Source: Puniceicoccaceae bacterium (lineage in GTDB: Bacteria > Verrucomicrobiota > Verrucomicrobiia > Opitutales > Oceanipulchritudinaceae). From it: DNA of 64,000 nt. The position numbers and the translations under genes were made by a program. The DNA is taken from NCBI GenBank assembly GCA_040830765.1, contig JBFOMH010000004.1, positions 192,001 through 256,000 on the forward strand, read 5' to 3'. Under the pieces are notes generated by a model. It was given only the letters and a program-made list of their open reading frames with translations, was not told the DNA's origin and did not search any database. Within the stretch, counting starts at the first letter, position 1; the number at the start of each line of letters is the position of its first letter. This document shows positions 47,870-59,504 of this stretch, in pieces.

Positions 47870-49336
47870 TTAAAGTTCCGGTTCAGCGGTGAAGGGGTGG
47901 TCTGTTTCGTAGGCCAATCCTGTCTGGAGCAGGGCTCCTTCGGCGAAGGGCTGGCCGATCAGCTGGAACCCGATTGGCAAACCCTTGCTGGAGAGTCCGC
48001 AGGGCATGGACAGTCCGGGAAGGCCGGCAAGATTCACCGAGATGGTAAAGATGTCCGCGAGGTACATCGAAATGGGATCATCGATTTTTTCGCCGATCCG
48101 GAAAGCCGGGGTTGGCGTGGTTGGGGTCAGGATGGCATCCACTTCCTTGAAGGCCTTGAGGAAATCATCCCGGATCAGTGTCCTGACCTGCTGGGCCCGC
48201 TTGTAGTAGGCATCATAATAACCACTGCTGAGGACATAACTCCCGAGAATGACCCGGCGCTTGACCTCTGCCCCGAATCCTTCCCCGCGCGACTGGTAAT
48301 AGAGGTCAACGGCATCCGCCGCCTTGTCCGACCGGTGCGTGTAGCGAACACCGTCATAGCGGGACAGGTTGGAGGAGGCTTCCGCAGTGGCGATGATGTA
48401 GTAGGTGGGGACAGCCAGCTCGGTGTGCGGCAGGGAGATCTCCTTGATGGTGTAGCCGAGGCCCTCGTAAGCCTTGATGACTTTTTCGAGATGCTCCCGG
48501 ACTTCCGCATCGATGCCTTCGCCAAAATACTCCTTTGGGAGGCCCAGTGTGCCGGGTTCATGCGGCATGTGCAGCTGGACCGAGGCCGGCTCCAGCTCAC
48601 CCGCCCATGAAGTGGAGTCCATCGGGTCATGACCACTGATGACATCCAGCAGGGCGGCCACGTCCTCGACGCTGCGACCCATGGGACCAATCTGGTCGAG
48701 GCTCGAGGCAAAGGCAACCAGGCCGAAGCGGGAGACCCGTCCATATGTGGGTTTTAGCCCGACAACACCACAAAACGCAGCTGGCTGGCGGATGGAGCCA
48801 CCGGTATCGGATCCCAGTGACCACGGGCACTCACGTGCGGCCACGGCAGCCGCGCTTCCACCCGAACTGCCGCCCGGTGCATGGTCGGTGTTCCATGGAT
48901 TGCCCGTTTTCTTGAAAGCGGAGTTTTCCGTCGAGGAGCCCATGGCAAATTCGTCCATGTTCAGCCGGCCGAACGGAATCAGGCCGGCGGCGAGGAGCTT
49001 GTTGCCGACCATGCCGGTGTAGGGCGACTTGAATTGTTCGAGGATCCTGCTGGCACAGGTCAAGGGCTCTCCCTCGATGGCAATGACGTCCTTGATACCG
49101 ACCGGCAGACCGTCCAGGGGGCTCAGTTCTTCCCCGGCAGCGCGGCGCGCATCGCTGGCATCCGCCGCGGCAAGGACCCTTTCCGGTTCAATGCTGAGAA
49201 AGGCACCCACCCGACCGTCCACAGCCTCCACCCGGTCGAGGAAAGCGGAGCAGATTTCCCGGGACGTTGTTTCCCCCTTGTGGAGGGCCTTGCCGAGGTC
49301 AAATGCCGATGCCTGCAATATTGATTCTGGTTCCAT
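47870..49336 (-). CDS. gatA: Asp/Glu-tRNA amidotransferase subunit A
   Basis: NMDEFAMGSS, PGGSSGGS, GSDTGGSIRQP; start 49336 or 49351. Confidence 0.97.
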   Translation of the reverse strand: MEPESILQASAFDLGKALHKGETTSREICSAFLDRVEAVDGRVGAFLSIEPERVLAAADASDARRAAGEELSPLDGLPVGIKDVIAIEGEPLTCASRILEQFKSPYTGMVGNKLLAAGLIPFGRLNMDEFAMGSSTENSAFKKTGNPWNTDHAPGGSSGGSAAAVAARECPWSLGSDTGGSIRQPAAFCGVVGLKPTYGRVSRFGLVAFASSLDQIGPMGRSVEDVAALLDVISGHDPMDSTSWAGELEPASVQLHMPHEPGTLGLPKEYFGEGIDAEVREHLEKVIKAYEGLGYTIKEISLPHTELAVPTYYIIATAEASSNLSRYDGVRYTHRSDKAADAVDLYYQSRGEGFGAEVKRRVILGSYVLSSGYYDAYYKRAQQVRTLIRDDFLKAFKEVDAILTPTTPTPAFRIGEKIDDPISMYLADIFTISVNLAGLPGLSMPCGLSSKGLPIGFQLIGQPFAEGALLQTGLAYETDHPFTAEPEL

Positions 49337-49351
49337 GGCCAACTTTCTCAA

Positions 49352-49648
49352 TCAGGCATCTTCAACGACTTTGGGAACGACAACCTGGTCTTCCCGTGAG
49401 GCAGGGGCATTGCTGAGGGAACGTTCGGGTGCCCATGGGGTGCCGGCCACATCATCCCGCAGCGGGGCTTCGGCTTCAAAAGGGTGGGCCATCGGCTGGA
49501 TGCCGGTGACATCCACTTCCTGCAGTTTCTGGAAAAACCCAAGGATGTCGGCCAACTGGCTGCCGTAGGCTGCCTTTTCCTCCTCGGTCAACTGGATGCG
49601 CGCGAGCATGGCCAGCTTCTCAATGTCGACTTCAGGACGTTCCTGCAT
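49352..49648 (-). CDS. gatC: Asp/Glu-tRNA amidotransferase subunit C
   Basis: LAMLARI, LRDD, NAP, VPKVVE; upstream of gatA. Confidence 0.93.
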   Translation of the reverse strand: MQERPEVDIEKLAMLARIQLTEEEKAAYGSQLADILGFFQKLQEVDVTGIQPMAHPFEAEAPLRDDVAGTPWAPERSLSNAPASREDQVVVPKVVEDA

Positions 49649-49720
49649 AAGCAACACTGGGCTAAGACTCCTTGGCCCATAGGCAAGCGCTGAATGCAAC
49701 TCTGTGCCGGATGAACTCCT

Positions 49721-51223
49721 TCAGAGCGTCCTCTCCAGCTCGGAAATAATGGCCCCGGCAGGCTCCAGCCCGATGGAAAGACGAATCAGGTCCGGGTCCA
49801 CCCCATGACCCAGAAGAATGTCCCGGCCCTGTGGCGTACTGACCAGATCGTAATGAGCAAGGTACATGAATGGGCACATCATGGTGAACCGGGTGCCGAA
49901 GCTGGGGCTCTTGACGAAATTGCAGCGGTCGTAGAATTCCCGCAGCGGTTTATGTGTCGTGAACGTGAGGATGCCCCCGGGACCGGATTCAAGGTGCTGC
50001 AGCCAATTGTAATTGTAGGCCGATGGCTGGCTGCGGGCCCAGTAGAGCTGCTTGACGCCTGGATGCTTCTCAAGGAAGGCGGCCACTTCGACGGTCGTTG
50101 CGTTAATGGCCTTGATCGTCTCCGGGTAATTCTGGATTTGTAAGGCCATGCGGGCAAGGTCCCCGCTGGCAGGTGCTGTCCCGAAGGCGGCTACCTTTTC
50201 GCGCAGGTCATCATAAAAGCGGGACTGACCGTTGAGGGCGATGGCCCCCATCATCACGTCCGCGGATGAGGCGGCGTACTTGGTCAGGCTGTTGATGTGA
50301 AGGTCCGAATAGGAGAGGATGTTGACGTTGTGCGGGCTGACGAGGGTCGGGTCGAGGATGAGGGCGGCCCGGTATTTGTCCGCCAGTTCCCGCAGTGCTT
50401 CAACGTCGGGAGTCTGCACGAGGGGATTGGTCGGGACCTCCGTGACGATCCCAGCGACCCGGTGGCCTTCGCGATGGAGGACATCCTCCAGCTCCGACAA
50501 ATCCATGACGTTGTAGATTTGGACCGGGGCCGCGCCCTGGAGGGAGAACTTCTCAAGGATGCGGGATGTATCAACGTAGAGCCAGCCCAGTTGAATCCAG
50601 AGATCCCTCTTCCGTTCTAACTGGACGGCTTGGATGGCCCGGAATCCACTGTAGAATGCATTCATCCCGCTGCGGAAAATGTGGATATCGCTTTCCACCA
50701 GTGTCCCGTAGATTGAGTGAAGCCGGCTGCGGATATAAGCCAAGTGCTCCTCGGGATGCCCCGGGGCGCGGTCTTCGGGATGGGGTGCGTGCCCGAAATG
50801 CTGCTCCAGCAGGGTTTCCGCTTCGCGTGAGGAAATGCCACATCCCGTATGCTGGAGAAAGGCCCGCGCGGCCAAGCGGATATCTTGACCTTCCGGCAGG
50901 CGAACTGTCCAAAGAGAGAGCACAGGAGCCGCGCATTCCGGATTCAGGTCGAGGTAATGACAGAGATCGACGGCGGCTGATTGGGTCGGGAGGAGCGGAT
51001 CCTCCTCGTTCATGATCCCTTCCCGGGAAAGGTGGGATGCCAGTTCCGCGATCAGCGGATTGCGGAAAAAGCGCGGATATCCGGCCGTGAATGCCTCCAG
51101 GACGCGGGGATCTTTTTCCTCGTAGCCGATCACATCCGCCATTGTCGGGAGGCTGACACAGACGCTGTGCGGACTCCCGTTGATGGAGTGGCCAAGGGGG
51201 TAGGGCTGGAAGGTCGGCTTCAA
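49721..51223 (-). CDS. PLP-dependent transsulfuration enzyme (cystathionine gamma-synthase, Str2-like)
   Basis: SGMNA, EVPTNP, SLTKY, PSFG, IRLSIGLE; extended N-term SLPT..GYEE..GYPRF. Confidence 0.85.
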   Translation of the reverse strand: MKPTFQPYPLGHSINGSPHSVCVSLPTMADVIGYEEKDPRVLEAFTAGYPRFFRNPLIAELASHLSREGIMNEEDPLLPTQSAAVDLCHYLDLNPECAAPVLSLWTVRLPEGQDIRLAARAFLQHTGCGISSREAETLLEQHFGHAPHPEDRAPGHPEEHLAYIRSRLHSIYGTLVESDIHIFRSGMNAFYSGFRAIQAVQLERKRDLWIQLGWLYVDTSRILEKFSLQGAAPVQIYNVMDLSELEDVLHREGHRVAGIVTEVPTNPLVQTPDVEALRELADKYRAALILDPTLVSPHNVNILSYSDLHINSLTKYAASSADVMMGAIALNGQSRFYDDLREKVAAFGTAPASGDLARMALQIQNYPETIKAINATTVEVAAFLEKHPGVKQLYWARSQPSAYNYNWLQHLESGPGGILTFTTHKPLREFYDRCNFVKSPSFGTRFTMMCPFMYLAHYDLVSTPQGRDILLGHGVDPDLIRLSIGLEPAGAIISELERTL

Positions 51224-51241
51224 GGGAATGTTGGCAAACGC

Positions 51242-52492
51242 CTAGAGGTCGACCTCATTAACGAGGATCTGCTCCAAGCTTTGCCGTTTACGAGTCAGGG
51301 TGTGGGAACCATCTTCCCGCAAGAGAACCTCGGGTGCCTCCGGGAAGGAGTTGTAGTTCTTGGCGGACATGGCCCCGCAGTAAGCGCCTGCGCCACCAAT
51401 CAAAGCGAGATCCCCAATTTGGGCATTGGGAAGCTCGCGCGGGGAAAGCGCTTCCGGGTCGCCCGGCGCGGGTGTCAGGATATCCCCGGACTCACAACAG
51501 TGCCCAACCACAATGGCCGGCCGGGTCGCCTCATTCTCACGGTCGTGGAGGATATCAATGGGATGCTGGGCCCCGTAGAGGGAGGGCCGCAGGACCTCTG
51601 TCATGCCACAGTCCAGCTTGATGAAAGTGTAGCCCTCCGCACCCGTATCGACGACATCCGCGACGCTGGCCAGGACCGCCCCGGCATTGGCCACGAGGAA
51701 TGTGCCCGGCTCGATCTCGAGGTGCAGCTGGCGCTCGGTGCGTTCGGAAAAGTCCCGCAGGAGTTCCGCCACCGGCTCGCCAATCAGTTGCAGGTCAGTT
51801 GCCGCTTCGTTGTCCATGCGGGCGACTTTGAATCCGCCTCCAAGGTTCAGGTGGGTGACGGTTGAAAAGGCTTCCGCTATCTTCAGGCTGAGGGAGGCTG
51901 CCCGTGTCCAGACCGCGGGATCGCTGCCGGAGCCGATATGGGTATGAATGCGGAAAACGGTCAGCCCGTGCTTTTTGGCGACAGCCTTGGCCTCGTCGAG
52001 GTGCTCATGCCAGATGCCGAAGCTGGAGGCTGGTCCTCCGACGTTGGTCCGGTTGTTCCCCCCGGACCCAAGGCCGGGATTGAAACGCAAGCCAACGGTC
52101 TTGCCGGGAAATGCAGCCCCATATTGCTCGAGCTGACTGAGCGAACAGGCATTAACGGTTATGCCCCGCCGGACCAGATCGGCGAAATTGGCCGGCAGTT
52201 CCTGTGTGCTGAGGGAGATGCGGGTGGGATCGATGCCGGCCAGTGACAGCCGTTCGACCTCATGCCCGCTGCTGGCGTCAAAGTGCAACCCTTCGTTCTC
52301 AAAAAGCGTCAGTATTGCCCGGGTTGGAGCCGCTTTCATAGCATAACGCACCGTGAGGCCATAGGGGGACGGAAAGGCCTTGGTGGCCCGCGCCTGTTCT
52401 ATGAGGCGGGCTTCATCATAAACATAGACCGGAGTTCCATGCTCACTGGCAATGGCACTGGCCGTCGTGTAACTGAGAATTGGATCAGGCAT
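51242..52492 (-). CDS. lysA: Diaminopimelate decarboxylase
   Basis: GTPVYVY, YAMKA, HTHIGSG, NLGGG, EPG, CESGD, GAY. Confidence 0.93.
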   Translation of the reverse strand: MPDPILSYTTASAIASEHGTPVYVYDEARLIEQARATKAFPSPYGLTVRYAMKAAPTRAILTLFENEGLHFDASSGHEVERLSLAGIDPTRISLSTQELPANFADLVRRGITVNACSLSQLEQYGAAFPGKTVGLRFNPGLGSGGNNRTNVGGPASSFGIWHEHLDEAKAVAKKHGLTVFRIHTHIGSGSDPAVWTRAASLSLKIAEAFSTVTHLNLGGGFKVARMDNEAATDLQLIGEPVAELLRDFSERTERQLHLEIEPGTFLVANAGAVLASVADVVDTGAEGYTFIKLDCGMTEVLRPSLYGAQHPIDILHDRENEATRPAIVVGHCCESGDILTPAPGDPEALSPRELPNAQIGDLALIGGAGAYCGAMSAKNYNSFPEAPEVLLREDGSHTLTRKRQSLEQILVNEVDL

Positions 52493-52543
52493 TCTGGCCC
52501 AACTAAATGGGAGAATGCGGCGATATGACAAGTGTGGAGACGC

Positions 52544-53647
52544 CTAAGGGCTGCTATTTGCCAGTTTCTCGAGGAATTGCAGGGTCGATTCCGCCTGCGG
52601 AAGGGGCGAGAAGCGTTCCTTGGCAAAGGCCGGGGCCCCGGCACCGTAATTTTCCCGCAATCCAGCATCACGGGCAAAGTTTTCCAAGGTGGCCGACAGG
52701 CCTTCCCGGTCTCCAGCCGGATGGATGATGCCCGTTTCGCCCGGAATGCAGGTCTCATTGACCCCGCGACAATCGTAGGCAACAACCGGCAACCCGGTCG
52801 CCTGGGCCTCGATCAGGAAATTAGGGAGGGAGTCCTCCCTTGAAACCGAAACGGCCACATCGGCAGCGGCATAGAACGGAAACGGGTCATGCTGGAAATG
52901 GAAAAACCGGACCCGCGTGCCCAGTCCGTTGGCCGCCGCCCAGTGCTTGCAGCGACGGTACTCCTTGCCGTCGCCGACTAGCCAGAGCCGCCAGTCAATC
53001 TCCCGGTGCCGTTCCCGCATGGAGGCGAATACCTTCAGGAGCTCCCGGTGCCGCTTTCCTGGCCGGAAGGTCGCGACATTGAGAAAGACGCACGTTTCTG
53101 GCTGAATCCGAAATTCCGCACGCCGGGCCTCCCGGGCCTGCTGCCATTCCTCGCGGGATCGCTCCAGGAGAACGGCGTTGTGAACGACATGGATGCGCTC
53201 CTCGGGGAATTGCCGCTCCAGCAAGCGGCGCTTCCACCAGTTGGAGTTCACCAGCACGCCACGAACTACCCCCATTGACCAGTGATGGAGGGGAAAGAGC
53301 ATCTTCCCAGTACGCAATGTCCCGACGACGGGAATGCTTGGAAAGCGGCGCTGAATAAAGCCGGCATAGCAATTGGCCGTCCGGCCCATGCAAAGTATGA
53401 TATCCGGCTGGATCTTGCGGATCCGCTTCATCAGGCCCAGGGCCCAAAGAGAGACCTTGCTGTCGAAGCCCTGAAGGGTCTCCACCCGCAAGCCCTCCAG
53501 GTGCTGCTCATCCACCAGATGACCACCGGGACGGAAGGTCAGGATGACGGCATCGTGCCCCTTTTCTCCAAAGGTCCGCGCAAGGAACAGGCTTTGCTTT
53601 TCCGTTCCACCCACCCGGAGATGGTCCTGGATAATGAGGATTTTCAT
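52544..53647 (-). CDS. GT4 glycosyltransferase
   Basis: GGTEKQ, DSLPNFLIEAQATGLPVV. Confidence 0.9.
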   Translation of the reverse strand: MKILIIQDHLRVGGTEKQSLFLARTFGEKGHDAVILTFRPGGHLVDEQHLEGLRVETLQGFDSKVSLWALGLMKRIRKIQPDIILCMGRTANCYAGFIQRRFPSIPVVGTLRTGKMLFPLHHWSMGVVRGVLVNSNWWKRRLLERQFPEERIHVVHNAVLLERSREEWQQAREARRAEFRIQPETCVFLNVATFRPGKRHRELLKVFASMRERHREIDWRLWLVGDGKEYRRCKHWAAANGLGTRVRFFHFQHDPFPFYAAADVAVSVSREDSLPNFLIEAQATGLPVVAYDCRGVNETCIPGETGIIHPAGDREGLSATLENFARDAGLRENYGAGAPAFAKERFSPLPQAESTLQFLEKLANSSP

Positions 53648-54474
53648 CCCGGATCCAATTTAAAGTATCGACGGGTGAGGGCCATCACCAGCCCCTTGGG
53701 CAGGATCCGCAAGCCGAACGGAGCGACCCTGCTCTGGAAGAAGCCTCCGCTCTTGACGGTGCAGCTCCTGCCCTTGCGAAGGGCCCGGAGGATGTCCCTC
53801 GCTGCCTGCTCCGGGGGTGGGGCAGCGGCAATATTCGCCTCCAGTTGCTGCCAGACCCGTTCCTGGCGGGGAGAGCCTTCCCCGTAACGCTTGATTTGTT
53901 CGTTGAAGGCCGTCCGGTAGTCACCCGGTTGAAAGTCGATGATGGATACCCCGCTCCCGGCCAGTTGCAGCATCAGCCCCCGGCTGTAGCTGCTCAACGC
54001 CGCTTTGCAGGCGCTGTAGCCTTCCATGTAGGGAATGGGGAACAGGGCCGCCAGCGAGCTGACATTGACCACCGCCCCACTGCCGCGCTCCTGCATTCCC
54101 CCAATGACCGTCCGGGTAAGCTGGACCGGGGCTGCCAAGAGCAAGGTTTGTTGTCCTGTTAGGACGTCTAGCGGGATTTCTGATGCCTTTCCAAAGCAAC
54201 TTGAGCCCGCATTGTTAATCAATAAATTAATTTTGCTTAACAAATCTTCATTATCCCTGATAAAAGACTCAATCCCCCCACTGGTGCTTCCATCGAAGGC
54301 CAGCCACTGGATGGCGGGGTCCAAACCTTCCCGGTCGGGACGGCGGGTGGTTCCATAAACGGTGATACCCTCCGCCTTCAGTGCCTCGGCGATGGCCTGA
54401 CCGATTCCCGAGGAGGCACCGGTGACAAGGGCGACCGGGAATTGCTGGGCGAGGCTGATCTGGCCGGAAGGCAT
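53644..54474 (-). CDS. SDR family oxidoreductase
   Basis: TGASSGIG, NNAG, NVSS, YSACK: intact catalytic motifs. Confidence 0.93.
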   Translation of the reverse strand: MPSGQISLAQQFPVALVTGASSGIGQAIAEALKAEGITVYGTTRRPDREGLDPAIQWLAFDGSTSGGIESFIRDNEDLLSKINLLINNAGSSCFGKASEIPLDVLTGQQTLLLAAPVQLTRTVIGGMQERGSGAVVNVSSLAALFPIPYMEGYSACKAALSSYSRGLMLQLAGSGVSIIDFQPGDYRTAFNEQIKRYGEGSPRQERVWQQLEANIAAAPPPEQAARDILRALRKGRSCTVKSGGFFQSRVAPFGLRILPKGLVMALTRRYFKLDPG

Positions 54475-54614
54475 GGGCGAACTGTTGGTTTGCAGGCGGA
54501 TGGAGGCAAGCCCGCATAACCCGGGACAAGCACATAATGGGTTAATGCTTCCTGAGATGGAATTGTTTCATTGCAGGCAGACGATTTAACCTGTTCTGAT
54601 TCTTCGGTCAGCCA

Positions 54615-55736
54615 ATGTCACGGTCCGTCCACATTCTCACCCACGAGTTTCATCCCACAACCGGAGGCATTGGAACCTATGTTGAGGAAACAGCAGCCGC
54701 AGCCGCGGAAGCCGGCTTGGAGGTGAGGGTCTGGGCGCCCGGATTAGATGAAGGGGGGTATGATCCATTTCCATATCAGGTCAACCGGGTCCGGATGCGG
54801 GGGAAGCAGGATTGGCTATGTCGTTTCCGTATGGCTTCGGCCCTGAAAAAGGCCTTTCCGGAGGGGCGGATCCCCGGGACTCTCCTCCTCGCCGAGCCCG
54901 GTCCGATTCGCCTCTGGATGTATGCATCCTTTCTCGGCTTGCCGCGATCCGACCGCCTGATGGTCATCTTTCACGGCTCTGAGTTGCTGGCCCTGAGCCG
55001 GCACCGGCGTCGGCGGGTCCGGCTCCGTCAGTTGCTGCTGGGGACTGATTGCATTGGATGTGTGTCCGGGCCTGTACGTAAGATGGCCCTCAATCTGGGA
55101 CCCGATATTTCTTCGCGAGTCGCGTTGGTTCCGGGTGCTGTGCGGTCTGCATGGACCAACCTGCCTGCAATCCCCCGGGAAAACCAACCCGAACCCGGTA
55201 TTCTCCATGTCGGACGCATCCATCCCCGCAAAGGCCAGCTTGAGTTGGTCGAAGCAGCCGGCCGGCTGCCCGATACATGGCGGCAATCCGTCCGCATAAG
55301 GCTTGTCGGGCCGGTCGGGCACCCCCGGTACCTCGACCAAATCCAGCAACGGGCTGCGGAGCTTTCCGTCAGGCTGAGTCTCGAGGGCCGGCTTCCGGAG
55401 GCAAAGCTTGCTGAAGCTTACCGGACGGCCGCCATGCTGGTCCTGCCCAGCCAGCCTTACCGCAACAGTGTTGAGGGACTCGGCTTGTCACTGCTTGAGG
55501 CACAGCATTTCGGATGCCCTGTCGTCGGGACGCGTATCGGGGGCATTCCGGAAGCCATGGAAGAGGGAAAAAGCGGGCTCATTGTTTCACCCTCTGATCC
55601 CGTGGCCCTGGCGAACGCTATCAAGCAATTGCTGGAAGACCCCCCCAGCGCCTCCACGATGGGGATGAACGGCAGCCGGTTCGTCCGGGAAACTTTTTCC
55701 TGGAGGAAAAATATCCAGCGGCTGGGATTAGCTTAG
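54615..55736 (+). CDS. GT4 glycosyltransferase
   Basis: GGIGTY, VGRIHPRKG, EGLGLSLLEA, GGIPE. Confidence 0.92.
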   Translation: MSRSVHILTHEFHPTTGGIGTYVEETAAAAAEAGLEVRVWAPGLDEGGYDPFPYQVNRVRMRGKQDWLCRFRMASALKKAFPEGRIPGTLLLAEPGPIRLWMYASFLGLPRSDRLMVIFHGSELLALSRHRRRRVRLRQLLLGTDCIGCVSGPVRKMALNLGPDISSRVALVPGAVRSAWTNLPAIPRENQPEPGILHVGRIHPRKGQLELVEAAGRLPDTWRQSVRIRLVGPVGHPRYLDQIQQRAAELSVRLSLEGRLPEAKLAEAYRTAAMLVLPSQPYRNSVEGLGLSLLEAQHFGCPVVGTRIGGIPEAMEEGKSGLIVSPSDPVALANAIKQLLEDPPSASTMGMNGSRFVRETFSWRKNIQRLGLA

Positions 55737-55876
55737 CTTAACACCATGAGCAATTCAGCTTATACAACAGTTTATTAATTCGTGCTTATTTGTATTGGCT
55801 TTACTGTATCAGCAGAGCTTATTAACCCCTTGGGGTTCTTAATTGGAGAATTTATATCAAACCGGACAATCAAGCG

Positions 55877-56623
55877 ATGAGTTCACTCGGAAAGAAATAC
55901 ATCATGGCCCTCAGCGGACTGGTACTAGTCGGTTTTGCCATTGGGCACATGGTCGGGAACCTGCAGATGTTTTTGCATCCTGACTGGATCAATGAATACG
56001 CCTACAAACTGCAGCATCTGCCATATGGCCTCCTCTGGGTGGTTCGCTCGGTGCTGCTGCTCTGCGTTGTGGCCCACATCCTGACGGCTGTGCTGCTGGT
56101 GATTGAGAATCACCGGGCCCGGCCGGAAAAGTATGTCGCCAAGGCCCAGTTGCAGGCCACCTTCGCCAGCCGGACGATGCGCTACAGCGGAATAATCCTC
56201 CTGTTTTTCATCATCTTCCACATCATGCATTTCACGGTGCAAAACATTCATCCGGAGTTCCTTCACTTGGAAACGGAGCTGGAGGGTGTTGGGACGATGC
56301 ACCACGTCTATGACAAGCTTCTGCCGCTGGGGAAGACGGAGGTTCATGACGTCTACAGCATGGTGGCGCATGGATTCAGCGGTCAGTTCTGGTACGTCTC
56401 CGTATTCTACATCATTTCCATGGCGCTTTTGGCACTGCACCTGAGGCATGGCATCAGCAGCATGTTCCAGAGCCTCGGACTGCGCAACGCCCTCTGGCGG
56501 GTTCGTCTGGACGCCATCGCCCTGGTATTGGCCATCATTGTCTTCGTGGGGTTTGCTTCCATCCCGCTGGCCAGTCTGGCCGGCCTGATTGAGCCTATCA
56601 CCCCGCTGGTTGCAACACATTGA
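55877..56623 (+). CDS. sdhC: Succinate dehydrogenase/fumarate reductase cytochrome b subunit
   Basis: [23 protein letters not shown]; five TM segments; upstream of sdhA. Confidence 0.93.
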   Translation: MSSLGKKYIMALSGLVLVGFAIGHMVGNLQMFLHPDWINEYAYKLQHLPYGLLWVVRSVLLLCVVAHILTAVLLVIENHRARPEKYVAKAQLQATFASRTMRYSGIILLFFIIFHIMHFTVQNIHPEFLHLETELEGVGTMHHVYDKLLPLGKTEVHDVYSMVAHGFSGQFWYVSVFYIISMALLALHLRHGISSMFQSLGLRNALWRVRLDAIALVLAIIVFVGFASIPLASLAGLIEPITPLVATH

Positions 56624-56640
56624 GGAAAGAGGACAGCAAC

Positions 56641-58587
56641 ATGAATTTAGACGCAAAAATACCCGAAGGTCCCATCGAACAGAAGTGGACCAAAGCAAAG
56701 TTCGACTATAAGCTCGTTAATCCCGCCAACAAGCGCAAGTACAGCGTCATCGTTGTTGGAAGCGGTCTGGCTGGCGCTGGCGCTGCGGCCACCCTCGGCG
56801 AGATGGGCTACAACGTGAAGTGCTTCTGTTACCAGGACTCTCCACGACGGGCGCACTCCATCGCTGCCCAGGGGGGCATCAATGCGGCCAAGAATTACCA
56901 GAACGACGGCGACAGTGTGTTCCGCCTCTTTTACGACACCGTCAAGGGTGGCGACTTCCGGAGCCGCGAAGCCAATGTCTATCGCCTGGCCGAGGTCTCG
57001 AGCAACATCATCGACCAGTGCGTGGCCCAGGGCGTTCCCTTTGCCCGGGAATATGGCGGGATGCTGGCCAACCGCTCCTTCGGCGGGGCGCAGGTCAGCC
57101 GGACCTTTTACGCCCGCGGGCAGACCGGTCAGCAACTGCTTCTCGGGGCTTACCACAGCCTGAGCCGCCAGATTGGACTGGGGCAGGTAAAGATGTACAA
57201 CCGGCACGAGATGCTCGATGTGGTCCTTGTCGATGGTGTGGCCAAGGGGATTATTACCCGCAACCTTGTCACCGGAAAAATCGATCGCTGGGCAGCGGAT
57301 GCGGTGGTCCTGGCAACCGGGGGCTACTCGACAGTCTTCTTCCTTTCCACCAATGCGGCCGGCTGCAATGTCACGGCTGCCTGGCGGGCCTACCGGCGCG
57401 GAGCCGGTTTCGCGAATCCCTGTTACACGCAGATCCACCCGACCTGTATCCCGCAGGAAGGTGAGCACCAGTCGAAGCTGACCCTGATGTCCGAGTCCCT
57501 GCGCAACGACGGACGAGTCTGGGTTCCCAAGGATCGGGAGACGGCAGCGAAAATTCGCCGGGGTGAATTAAAGCCCTCCCAGGTACCGGAAGAGGAGCGG
57601 GATTACTACCTCGAGCGCAAGTACCCGAGTTTCGGTAACCTTGCCCCGCGAGACATTTCCAGCCGCGCGGCCAAGGAGGCCTGTGATGATGGGCGCGGGG
57701 TGGCCCCCACCGGCTATGGGGTCTTCCTTGATTTTGCCGATGCCATCAACCGCCTTGGCAAACACGTCATCGAGGAACGCTACGGCAACCTCTTCGACAT
57801 GTATGAAAACATCATGGGCGTCAGTGCCTACGAGGAGCCGATGCAGATTTACCCCGCCCCGCACTACACCATGGGCGGCCTCTGGGTTGATTACAACCTG
57901 ATGACGACCATCCCGGGTCTCTTTGCCACCGGCGAATGCAACTTCTCCGACCACGGGGCCAACCGCCTTGGGGCCTCCGCCCTCATGCAGGGCCTGGCCG
58001 ACGGTTACTTCGTTACCCCGTATGCCATCGGCAATTATCTCGGAACCGAAATTCCTGTCGGGAAGGCTGGCCGGATTGACATCAACGACCCGGCCTTCGC
58101 CGAGGCCGAGCAGGCCGTGAAGGATAAGATCGACCGTATGCTCTCCATCAAGGGTAACACCAGCCCGCGGAGTATCCACATCGAACTGGGCAAGGTCATG
58201 CTCGACAAGTGTGGCATGGCCCGTGACGAGGCCGGTCTCAAGGAGGCCATTGAGAAAATTCGCGAGCTGCGCCAGCGCTTCTGGGAAGACCTCAAGCTCC
58301 CCGGTGGAGCGGATGAACTGAATGTCGAGCTCGAACGGGCCGGCCGGGTGGCCGACCATCTCGAGTTTGCCGAGCTGATGTGTTATGACGCGCTGGCCCG
58401 CGACGAATCCTGCGGGGGTCACTTCAGGGTCGAGCACCAGACGGATGAAGGGGAAGCCGTCCGGGACGATGAGGCGTTCAGCAATGTCACCGTTTGGGAA
58501 TTCAAGGGGCTGGATGCAGAGCCGGCCAAGCATGTCGAGGCGCTGTCCTTTGAATACGTCAAGCCGGGTGTCCGTAGCTACAAGTAA
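56641..58587 (+). CDS. sdhA: Succinate dehydrogenase/fumarate reductase flavoprotein subunit
   Basis: [35 protein letters not shown]. Confidence 0.97.
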   Translation: MNLDAKIPEGPIEQKWTKAKFDYKLVNPANKRKYSVIVVGSGLAGAGAAATLGEMGYNVKCFCYQDSPRRAHSIAAQGGINAAKNYQNDGDSVFRLFYDTVKGGDFRSREANVYRLAEVSSNIIDQCVAQGVPFAREYGGMLANRSFGGAQVSRTFYARGQTGQQLLLGAYHSLSRQIGLGQVKMYNRHEMLDVVLVDGVAKGIITRNLVTGKIDRWAADAVVLATGGYSTVFFLSTNAAGCNVTAAWRAYRRGAGFANPCYTQIHPTCIPQEGEHQSKLTLMSESLRNDGRVWVPKDRETAAKIRRGELKPSQVPEEERDYYLERKYPSFGNLAPRDISSRAAKEACDDGRGVAPTGYGVFLDFADAINRLGKHVIEERYGNLFDMYENIMGVSAYEEPMQIYPAPHYTMGGLWVDYNLMTTIPGLFATGECNFSDHGANRLGASALMQGLADGYFVTPYAIGNYLGTEIPVGKAGRIDINDPAFAEAEQAVKDKIDRMLSIKGNTSPRSIHIELGKVMLDKCGMARDEAGLKEAIEKIRELRQRFWEDLKLPGGADELNVELERAGRVADHLEFAELMCYDALARDESCGGHFRVEHQTDEGEAVRDDEAFSNVTVWEFKGLDAEPAKHVEALSFEYVKPGVRSYK

Positions 58588-58613
58588 GGAATCTCGAGAA
58601 CAAGATACGAATC

Positions 58614-59393
58614 ATGTCTGAAAAAAACATCAGTGTTACTTTGAAAGTCTGGCGGCAGAAGGATGCTTCGGCCCCGGGGGCGTTTGAGACCTACCAAGTT
58701 GAATCGGTTTCCACTTCGTCCTCTTTCCTTGAGATGCTCGATCTGTTGAATGAGCAACTGATTGCAGAGGACAAGGAGCCGATAGCTTTCGACCACGACT
58801 GCCGGGAAGGCATCTGCGGGACGTGTTCCCTGGTCATCAACGGAATTCCGCACGGGAAGAAAGAGCTGCAGACGACCTGCCAGGTCCACATGCGCAGTTT
58901 CCAGGACGGAGAGACCATCACCATAGAACCTTACCGCTCCAAGCCCTTCCCGGTGATGCGTGACCTTGTTGTCGATCGTACCCCGATGGATGCAATTATG
59001 CAGGCTGGCGGTTTTGTGGATCAGCGCATCGGGGCGGCCCAGGACGCCAACGCCCTGCCAATTTCCAAGGAAATTGCCGACAAGGCCATGGATGCCGCCG
59101 CCTGTATTGGCTGTGGTGCCTGTGTGGCGGTGTGCCCGAATGCCTCGGCCATGCTTTTCACCTCCGCCAAGGTCAGCCAGCTGAACATGCTCCCGCAAGG
59201 CAAACCGGAGAAGGACCGCCGCGCGCTGAGAATGGTTGGCGCCATGGACGATGCCGGATTCGGCAACTGCACCAATATCGGGGAGTGCGAAGCCGCCTGT
59301 CCGAAGGGAGTTAGCCTCGATTTCATCGCGCAGATGAATCGTGATTACGCGGTTGCATCGGTGAAGAAGTTCCTCGGCCTCACTGCCGGTTGA
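58614..59393 (+). CDS. sdhB: Succinate dehydrogenase/fumarate reductase Fe-S subunit
   Basis: [32 protein letters not shown]. Confidence 0.97.
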   Translation: MSEKNISVTLKVWRQKDASAPGAFETYQVESVSTSSSFLEMLDLLNEQLIAEDKEPIAFDHDCREGICGTCSLVINGIPHGKKELQTTCQVHMRSFQDGETITIEPYRSKPFPVMRDLVVDRTPMDAIMQAGGFVDQRIGAAQDANALPISKEIADKAMDAAACIGCGACVAVCPNASAMLFTSAKVSQLNMLPQGKPEKDRRALRMVGAMDDAGFGNCTNIGECEAACPKGVSLDFIAQMNRDYAVASVKKFLGLTAG

Positions 59394-59404
59394 GCCGGAA
59401 GGCA

Positions 59405-59441
59405 ACCTTGACAAGGTGTTTAGCGGGTTTATCGCTAAACA
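59405..59441 (+). promoter_or_regulatory. Putative rny promoter region with two palindromes
   Basis: TTGACA at 59408-59413 inside ACCTTG-A-CAAGGT; TGTTTAGCG/CGCTAAACA inverted repeat at 59417-59441. Confidence 0.4.
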
Positions 59442-59504
59442 TGTGCTTCTGAAACCTTTCCAAGCTCGGCACTGGCGGCGATTGGCTGCCTGACAAGGAC
59501 ATAC

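Noticed and set aside
46877..48610. 577-aa + strand ORF
   Set aside because: Antisense shadow of gatB/gatA, with no motifs; expected in GC-rich coding DNA
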